Source of the DNA: Octopus vulgaris
Lineage: Eukaryota
Length of the DNA stretch: 64,000 nt
Reading direction: 5' to 3'
Assembly (NCBI GenBank): GCA_951406725.2
Contig: OX597818.1
Coordinates: 131,440,001 to 131,504,000 of the forward strand
Below, one piece after another: positions 54,549-64,000 of this stretch. The translations under genes and the position numbers were made by a program. A model generated the notes under the pieces. It was not told the origin of the DNA. It did no database searches and saw only the letters and a program-made list of their open reading frames with translations. Each line of letters opens with the position of its first letter. Position 1 is the stretch's first letter.

Positions 54549-54710
54549 GTGCAGGAGTGGCTGTGTGGTAAGTAGCTTGCTAACCAACCACATGGTTCCG
54601 GGTTCAGTCCCACTGCGTGGCATCTTGGGCAAGTGTCTTCTGCTATAGCCCCGGGCCGACCAATGCCTTGTGAGTGGATTTGGTAGACAGAAACTGAAAG
54701 AAGCCTGTCG

Positions 54711-54747
<37 letters not shown>

Positions 54748-54973
54748 ATGTGTTTGTGTGTCTGTGTTTGTACCCCTAGCATTGCTTGACAACCGATGCT
54801 GGTGTGTTTACATCCCCGTCACTTAGCGGTTCGGCAAAAAGAGACCAATAGAATAAGTACTGGGCTTACAAAAAGAATAAGTCCCGGGGTCGAGTTGCTC
54901 GACTAAAGGCGGTGCTCCAGCATGGCCGCAGTCAAATGACTGAAACAAGTAAAAGAGTAAAAGAGTAAAGAGT
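54549..54973 (+). mobile_element. SINE-A copy
   Basis: Colinear with other copies. Confidence 0.9.
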
Positions 54974-55141
54974 AATAAGCAAAATAGAAAATTGATGTTG
55001 TTACCATACTGTAGACTTCAAAATTCTATGCAAGACATTAGTTGTTGCATTTCTAGGATTTCATGAGATGAAGATAATTTTAGCAATGCCATATCACACT
55101 ATATCATTGTCTTTTCCCTTAAATTATGTCAAAGTCATTCT

Positions 55142-55174
<33 letters not shown>

Positions 55175-55176
<2 letters not shown>

Positions 55177-55589
55177 CTTTTACTCTTTTACTCTTATTTG
55201 TTTCAGTCATTTGACAGTGGCCATTCTGGAGCACCACCTTTAATCGAATAAATTGACCCCAGGACTTATTCTTTGTAAGCCTAGTACTTATTTTATCAGT
55301 CTCTTTTTTCTGAACTGCTAAATGATAGGGACATAAACACACCAACATCGGTTGTCAAGTAATAGTGGGGGGGGGACAAACACAGACACAAACAACAAAT
55401 ACACATATCTATATCTATATATATATATATATATATACAACAGGCTTCTTTTAGTTTATGTCTACCAAATCCACTCACAATGGCTTTGGTCAGCCTGAGG
55501 CTATAGTAGAAGGTGCCACACAGTGAAACTGAACCCGGAATCATGTGGTTGGGAAGCAAGCTTCTTACCACACAGCCACTCCTGCACCT
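55175..55589 (-). mobile_element. SINE-A copy (more diverged)
   Basis: Colinear, with a small internal deletion. Confidence 0.85.
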
Positions 55590-56267
55590 ACACAGCCACT
55601 CATATACGTATATAATATCACCTTCACTCTTCCGAAATTCTTTCCCATAGGACTGCCTTCTGACCTGGTCCCTAAACATTTTCCCTTCATCTTCTTGTCA
55701 CTTTCCCTCTTTCCTTTTCTCTCATGAAGGACGAGCAAGTGAAATGCTAATTAAACACATTTTCTTTCTCCGTTCATGCATTGTACTAATAACAACCTTG
55801 TTAGAACTTGTCCTTATGTTTTCTTCTTGTTTTTGCTCATTCATCATACATGTGTGTGTGTGTCTGCACGTGTGTGTGTGTACATGTGTGTAATTTATAT
55901 ATACATGAGTACTGTGTGTGTACGTGTGTGTGTGTGTGTATATATATATACATATATATATATACATATATATATATAGTTAATCCAAACATGAAAACTC
56001 AAAGACAAAACACAACAACGCGAGGACGTGGAACATCTTTGATGGGAGAGTCCATCATATATAGATATTTATATATAAGATAATAAAACATATGGTATAT
56101 ACCTGGTAGCTTACCGGTAAAGCATGTTCACTTTCACAGTGTTCATTGAGCATTTGGTTAATGAGAGAGATGAAAGATACGAGAATTTTTATAAAAATCT
56201 ACAACTGTTTTGACCCCTCTAGCATTGATCCCTCATGGGTGGGATACTTCAAAACTAGTTTAGAAGA

Positions 56268-56315
<48 letters not shown>

Positions 56316-56369
56316 ATGTATATATATATATATTCACAGGAATTATTGTTTGCATTTTCTCTCTTACAT

Positions 56370-56752
56370 GGAAGCACTCCATCGGTTACGACGACGAGGG
56401 TTCCGGTTGATCCGAATCAACAGAACAGCCTGCTCGTGAAATTAACGTGTAAGTGGCTGAGCACTCCACAGACACGTGTACCCTTAACGTAGTTCTCGGG
56501 GATATTCAGCGTGACACAGAGAGTGACAAGGCCGGCCCTTTGAAATACAGGTACAACAGAAACAGGAAGTAAGAGTGAGAGAAAGTTGTGGTGAAAGAGT
56601 ACAGCAGGGATCACCACCATCCCCTGCCGGAGCCTCGTGGAGCTTTAGGTGTTTTCGCTCAATAAACACTCACAACGCCTGGTCTGGGAATCGAAACCGC
56701 GATCCTATGACCGCGAGTCCACTGCCCTAACCACTGGGCCATTGCGCCTCCA
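56370..56752 (-). mobile_element. Young SINE-B with 11-bp TSD
   Basis: TSD CTCTCTTACAT (56359-56369 and 56753-56763). Head TGGAGGCGCAATGGCCCAGTGGTTAGGGC...GGTTTCGATTCCC. Confidence 0.92.
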
Positions 56753-57214
56753 CTCTCTTACATAAAGTAATAGTAAAATAGCTTTGTAAAGAAAAAGAAA
56801 TTCCGACAATATTGCAAAAGCAATAAAAAGTATATCTTATCTATTTCTTTCCATATCTCAATCTAATTCTTGCAGTATCCAAATTTAATTATACTCTCTG
56901 CTTGTGCAGACACAAAACTGGTTGTCTATATATTTTATATAATAACTTAACTATCACCATTATTGTTATTACTCTTTTTACACCCTTCTCACTTCTCTCC
57001 CTCCTTCACTAAATATATATAAGTGTCACACACACACACACACACATATACATACATAATACAGTTATGTGGTAAGAAGCTTGTTTCCCAGCCACGTGGT
57101 CCTGTGTTCAATTCCACTGCATGGCACCTTGGGTACGTGTCTTCTACTAAAGCCTCAAGCACCAATCAAAGCTTTCTGGGTGGATTTGGTCGATGGAAAG
57201 TGGAAGAAGTAAAT

Positions 57215-57263
<49 letters not shown>

Positions 57264-57310
57264 ACACACACATATATATATATATGTGTGTGTGTGTACA
57301 TATATATATA

Positions 57311-57605
57311 TGGAGGCACATGGCCTAGTGGTTAGAGTAGTGGACTCGTGGTGAAGGAATCGCGGGTTTGAATCTCAGACTGGGCGATGTGCATGTTTAT
57401 GAGAGAATCACCTAAGCTCCACGTGCCTTCGGCAGAAGGTAACGGCACACTTCTGCTGACTCTTTTGCCACAACTTTCTCTCGCTCTTTCCTCCTGCATC
57501 TTGCAGCTGACCTCCGATGGCCGGCGTCCCATCCAGGTGGGGAACCTATATGCCAAGGAAACTGGGAAACTGGCCCTTATGAGCCAGGCATAGCTCAAGA
57601 AGGAT
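57311..57605 (+). mobile_element. SINE sharing the SINE-B head and body but with a different 3' module
   Basis: CCTAAGCTCCACG...CACAACTTTCTCTC shared with SINE-B, followed by CGATGGCCGGCGTCCCATCCAGG (V-SINE-like, from memory). Confidence 0.75.
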
Positions 57606-57640
57606 CATATATATATATTTATATATATATATATATATAT

Positions 57641-57878
57641 ATTTATTTTATAGAAGGAGCTTCTACAGGACTAGAACTGTTTCATTCAAATGAAATCATC
57701 AGGAAGCCCCTGGTTAAAAGATCCCAAACCTGCGATCCCTTAACTGCTTCCTGGATTTCATTTGAATGAAACAGTTCTAGTCCTGTAGAAGCTCCTTCTA
57801 TAAAATAAATTAATTTTACTCTGCTATGTATTGAGTACCTTATTTACTGTGGTTAACCCCGACTCAACCCGGAACCTA

Positions 57879-57880
<2 letters not shown>
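57641..57880. mobile_element. Fold-back Penelope-type pseudo-LTR (hammerhead family 4) in (TA)n
   Basis: Arms 57641-57707 and 57746-57810 are exact reverse complements apart from a 2-nt deletion. Confidence 0.75.
57659..57707 (-). ncRNA. Type I hammerhead ribozyme motif
   Basis: GCTTC-CTGATGA-T-TTC-ATTT-GAA-T-GAAA-CAG-TTCTAGTC-CTG-TA-GAAGC. Confidence 0.75.
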
Positions 57881-57929
<49 letters not shown>

Positions 57930-58202
57930 ATATATGTATATGTTTATATCTATACTTGTGTCTTGTGTCTGTGTTTGTCCCCTACCACCACTTGACAATA
58001 AGTAATGGTGGGTTTATGTCTCCGTAACTTAGCAGTTTGGCATAAGAAACCAATAGAATAAGTACCAGATTTCAAAATAAAAAAAATGATAAATACTGGG
58101 ATAAATTCTTTTGACTAAACATTCTTGAAGGTGATGCCTCGGCATGGCCATAGTCCAAATGACTGAAACAAGTAAAAGATAAAAGATATATCACATATGT
58201 AT

Positions 58203-58607
58203 AGGCGCAGGAGTGGCTGTGTGGTAAGTAGCTTGCTAACCAACCACATGGTTCCGGGTTCAGTCCCACTGCGTGGCATCTTGGGCAAGTGTCTTCTGCT
58301 ATAGACCCGGGCCGACCAATGCCTTGTGAGTGGATTTGGTAGACGGAAACTGAAAGAAGCCTGTCGTATATATGTATATATATATATATGTATGTGTTTG
58401 TGTGTGTGTGTTTGTCCCCCTAGCATTGCTTGACAACCGATGCTGGTGTGTTTACGTCCCCGTCACTTAGCGGTTCGGCAAAAGAGACCGATAGAATAAG
58501 TACTGGGCTTACGAAGAATAAGTCCTGGGGTCGATTTGCTCGACTAGAGGCGGTGCTCCAGCATGGCCGCAGTCAAATGACTTAAACAAGTAAAAGAGTA
58601 AAAGAGT
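58203..58607 (+). mobile_element. SINE-A copy
   Basis: Full head, body and tail. Confidence 0.9.
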
Positions 58608-59363
58608 ATATATGTATATGTATATATGTCACACATTTATGCATATATGATATATGTGTATATAAGTATGTGTGTGTGTATGTATGTATATAGAAATATA
58701 TCAAATTATCATGCACACATTCTCACACACACATACTGTCTTTCTTTCAAAACTTCTATTAATGTGTTTAAGTTATTAAATTTCATAATTCTTAAGGTCT
58801 TTGTCTTTTCCTTTTTAAAAATTAGTTGTTTGACCATATATAGTCCTTTAGATCATTGAAGAAAAAAAGTTGAATTAACAACAAAAACAATTTTAATTTA
58901 TATATGCTTCACGTTTTTATTTCTATTATATTTTTTTTTTTTTTTTTACACAATATTATTATAGTTCAGAATAATTCATATCTAGTAATTTTTACAAATA
59001 ATTTTTCTACAATTTCTTTCTCCTTGTTTCTTTTTGTTTTTTTTTTTTTGGTTTTTGCTAATATTTATTTTTAGAAATTCAGTTGACATTTTGAAAAAAA
59101 GCATCGTTCTGTGAAGAAGTGTTCATATATGCATGTGAGTCTAACAAACAATCCTGGCATAAAAGAAAGAACTGCTTTCAAAATTTGAAAAAGTACGCAA
59201 CCATTCATCAGAAAGTTGAAGATTCTTCACTGACAAGTATTGTTTAAAGCAAATGACAAGTTTAAGGAATCTGTCAACAAATTCTACCACATGAGTGTGT
59301 TAAATTGATTTAAATTAACTTTGAAATGTTTGATGTACGTTTCAGTGTACGACATTATATACT

Positions 59364-59402
<39 letters not shown>

Positions 59403-59510
59403 TATAGATATATGATACACACACAAACACATATATATGTATTTATATGTCAATATTTATAGGCATATACATGCTATAGAAATATTTTTTATATATATAT
59501 ACACACATAG

Positions 59511-59548
<38 letters not shown>

Positions 59549-59583
59549 ACTACACACATAGATATATATATACACACGTGTGG

Positions 59584-59618
<35 letters not shown>

Positions 59619-59824
59619 CATAAACATTTACATATACATAAATATATATATATACATATATATATACATACATATACGTACATATATATATTCATACGTA
59701 CATATATATATGCATACGTACATAAATATATATACACATATATATACACATACATACAAACATATATATACATAATTATATATATACATACATATATATA
59801 TATACATATATATGTATATAATTA

Positions 59825-59858
<34 letters not shown>

Positions 59859-59862
59859 TAAT

Positions 59863-59896
<34 letters not shown>

Positions 59897-60090
59897 TCAC
59901 ATATATATGTACATTCATAGAGACATAGAGACATACACACACACACACACATACACATATATATACACCCACATGGATACATGCATACACATATGCTTGA
60001 GTGTAATATATATTTGTAGATATACGTGCATGTTCACTAACAAGGAAGAAGAAAATAAGGATAGGAGACCAACTGAAGTAAAAGAGAGTA

Positions 60091-60477
<387 letters not shown>

Positions 60478-61138
60478 CGTGTGATTAAACGTAACATAAA
60501 GTTTGCAAATGCTCAGTGATAAAGAAGGTGAACGAAAGCGTGCACGGGAGAAGAGGAAGCGATGGGCAAGAAAGAGAAAGGACACGAAAGAGTCAAGAAT
60601 GAGAGAATAAGTGGGACAAAAAATCAGAGGAAAGAGAGAGAGAAAGGGGGGGAGGAAGAGAGAGAGAGGGGGGGAGGGAGAGGAAGAGAGAGGGAGGGAG
60701 AGGAAGAGCGAGAGAGGGAGGGAGAAGAAGAGAGAGGGAGGGAGAGGAAGAGAGAGAGAGAAGGAGGGAGAGGAAGAGAGAGGGAGAGAGAAAAACAAGG
60801 GCACTGAGAGACTGTCTTACATATAAAAGTTAGGGAGTGAGTCAGAGGATGAAGAGCAAGCGAGCCGAATATATAAATATATAGATAGAAATGTAAGTGC
60901 AACGAAACGTAGGTTTAGTGCATGGCAAATGCCTATCATGTATGATATACTACAGGGCAACTGTCAGAATGCATCCTTCACTGTACTAATCTGGCGGCTG
61001 ATTTTGTTGAACTCTGCAATCATCTCGAATCAACTTTCTGGTATGGTTCGCCGCCAAGGTGCTTACACTGACAAGCCATTGCATTTGCCGTGACTTCTTG
61101 GTTTCCTCACTTTCAGATAATATATATGTGTGTACGTG

Positions 61139-61181
<43 letters not shown>

Positions 61182-61505
61182 ATATATACATATATGTATG
61201 TATATTACATACATACATATATATATAAAATACAAATATGTGTACCTTATATACACAGATATATACATACATACATATGTACATATATATATATATATTT
61301 ATATATATATATATATCATCATCATCATCAAACGATAATGATGATGATGATGATGATGATACATATATATATATATATATATATATAAATACAAATATGT
61401 GTACCTTATATATACAGATATATACATACATACATATGTATATATATATATATATAAATACAAATATGTGTACCTTATATATACAGATATATACATACAT
61501 ACATA

Positions 61506-61548
<43 letters not shown>

Positions 61549-61712
61549 CATAAATATACACATGTATGTACGTATGTATGTATATGAATGTATGTATGTG
61601 TGTATACACATACACAGAAATTCTTGCAGAAATATAATGATAAAACAACACACTGGGATTTCTCCACAGAAAACAATACCAGTGTCCCCACCACTTCCAT
61701 ACACCTATGTAA

Positions 61713-61753
<41 letters not shown>

Positions 61754-62699
61754 CACACACACACACATATTTATGCACACAAACACACACACACACTCAT
61801 ACAGCTACACATACACATTGCCACCTTGTGTCTTTCTCTTTGTGTCTTCTACATTTCCCTCTATGTTTGTGTATATGTGTGAATGCATATACACAAACAC
61901 ACACATATAAACATACACATGCCCCCCACACACACACACACACACATATATATTTATACACGACCTTTGTTTTTCATTGTTTTTTATCCTGTACATCCTT
62001 ATTTTATTTCTGTTTTATCTCCTTAGCCTTTTCATCTCTCTCTTTCTCTCACTTTTCATCTCTCTCTTTCTCTCATCATTTTTTCCTGTCTCTTTCCGTT
62101 TCTTATCTTTCTCTCTTTCCCTTTCCCCTTTCAGCCTCTCTCTCTTTCTCTCTCTCTCTCTATGTCTCTCTCTCTCTCTCTCTCTCTCTCCAATCTCTCC
62201 TAATCTTCTCTATCCCTTTCTCTCTCTTTCAGCTACTCCTTTTCCTCATCTCCTCTCCTTACTTCTCCTCAATCTCTGTCCTTTTCCCCCTTTTTTTTTC
62301 TCTACTGGCTGCTCCCTTTTCCTAATCATCTCCTCCTACTTCAACCCAATCCCTCCTATTTCTCTGTATCTTTCTCCTCTTCTCAGATTAAGAGCTCTTT
62401 TTCTGTCCATGCTTCTTTCTCTTGCAAGCCCCCCTCCTTTCTCTCTCCCTTCTCTTGGACAACATTCAATCCTCCCCCTTTTCTAAATCTTAAAGAAGGA
62501 TTTATATGAAGCAATAAAGCAGAAGGTGCATACATGACACAGTACATGCAGTTTGGTCTTTAAAAAAAGATGAGGACAATAATAACAGTTGTGGAGGTGG
62601 AGCTGGTGTTGGTGGCGTATGTGTTGATGACAACAACAACAACAAAGATGATGACGAGAATTATGTAGGTAGTGATGATGATGATGATGATGAAGATGA

Positions 62700-63379
62700 T
62701 GAAGATGATGAAGAATATAGTGGAGATTGGTGGTCATTGTGTGATGGTGGTGATGATCGATGACAACGATAACAGTGGTGGTGGTGGTGGTGGTGGTGGT
62801 GGTAGTGGTGGTAGTGTTTGTGGTGGTGGTGGTGACTGGTTACAGTGATGGTAATAGTGGTGGTAGTGATGATGATGCTGATGATGATGAAGATGATGAA
62901 TATAGTGGAGATTGCTGGTCATTGTGTGATGGTGGTGATGATCAATGACAACGATGATAGTGGTGGTGGTGATGGTGGTGGTGGTAGTGTTTGTGGTGGT
63001 GGTGGTGACTGGTTACAGTGATGGTAATAGTGGTGGTAGTGATGATGATGCTGATGATGATGAAGATGATGAATATAGTGGAGATTGCTGGTCATTGTGT
63101 GATGGTGGTGATGATCAATGACAACGATGATAGTGGTGGTGGTGTGATGATGGTGGTGGTGGTAGTGTTTGTGGTGGTGGTGGTGACTGGTTACAGTGAT
63201 GGTAATAGTGGTGGTAGTGATGATGCTGATGATGATGATGAAGATGAAGAATATAGTGGAGATTGGTGGTCATTGTGTGATGGTGGTGATGATCGATGAC
63301 AACGATGATAGTGGTGGTGATGGTGGTGGTGGTGGTGTTTGTGGGTGGTGGTGGTGACTGGTTACAGTGATGGTAATAG

Positions 63380-63385
<6 letters not shown>
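62700..63385. repeat. ~175-185 bp tandem repeat (4 units) built from GAT/GGT triplets
   Basis: Anchor GAATATAGTGGAGATT at about 62713, 62898, 63071 and 63248. Confidence 0.9.
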
Positions 63386-63420
<35 letters not shown>

Positions 63421-63540
63421 GTGGTGGCAATAATGATGACAATGGTAACGATAATAGCGATGGTTTGATAATGATGATTGTGGAAATGTTAAGAATGGTA
63501 GTGTTGGCAGTAGCATCAGAGATGACAGTGGTGACGATGA

Positions 63541-63574
<34 letters not shown>

Positions 63575-63883
63575 GGTGGTGGTGGTGGTGGTGGTGACGA
63601 TGCCGACCACCACCACAAAGAGAGCAGATAACAGCGCACAAACATATATTTTTCACCTTGATAAGCATAACATATTCCACCGCCACATTTATCTGAACAT
63701 CAGGAGAAGGACAATCTCGATCTAAGCAACGAGAGAACGATAGAGACAGCGTGGCATACACGTGTACAGATAATCAGATATCACTACGTATTACATACAG
63801 TTTCAACTGTAAACATACAATGCTGACCTGACCAGCTTATTGCAATATAACAAAGGACAATAACCAGTAAGGAAGGCCCTTAC

Positions 63884-63899
63884 ATGATCTGTTGATGTG
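63884..63899 (-). other. Candidate 16-nt micro-exon
   Basis: attttgctgctatttctag|CACATCAACAGATCAT|gtaagg in a repeat-free island. Confidence 0.3.
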
Positions 63900-64000
63900 C
63901 TAGAAATAGCAGCAAAATCTCCATGAAGTTCTACCCAATTGTTAGCTAAGAGTTGTATGTGTTGTGAGAAGTGGGTAATGGTCACATGATGTAAAGTAAT

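Larger units (their letters stand above)
57060..58188 (+). mobile_element. Old SINE-A split by two insertions in its internal microsatellite
   Basis: 5' half at 57060-57215, 3' half at ~57955-58188. Confidence 0.75.

Noticed and set aside
56680-56752. tRNA genes (also the heads at 22902, 47720 and 58203)
   Set aside because: A/B boxes are present but there is no complete cloverleaf, and each continues into a SINE body.

Overview
AT-rich eukaryotic DNA, very likely from an octopod cephalopod. This is an inference from the recognisable SINE/RTE repeat families and the extreme (TA)n, (CA)n, (AAT)n and (GATA)n load. I find no intact protein-coding gene, rRNA, genuine tRNA or CRISPR array, and almost every ORF in the supplied track is a microsatellite or SINE artefact. 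The window is a dense patchwork of repeats: about 13 near-full copies of one tRNA-derived SINE, a second SINE family piled up in an (AAT)n field at 20-26 kb, modular SINEs with tRNA-Arg-like heads, 5'-truncated RTE, CR1/L2-like and R4/Dong LINE pieces, a Penelope GIY-YIG endonuclease remnant, two decayed Tc1/mariner transposons, piggyBac-like MITEs and Helitron-type elements. Three signals stand out. (1) At least four sequence-distinct non-coding elements, plus weaker remnants, carry type I hammerhead ribozyme motifs of the Penelope pseudo-LTR kind, often as fold-back pairs in (TA)n; one family shares a non-canonical CUGUWGA core. (2) The main SINE shares its 3' end with local CR1-like LINE remnants, including a hairpin whose stem sequence changes while pairing is kept. 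(3) Repeat-free islands repeatedly hold minus-strand acceptor/micro-exon/donor configurations, which may mark a large, alternatively spliced host gene; this is speculative and chance has not been excluded. Family labels SINE-A, SINE-B, SINE-D and family E are my own working names.
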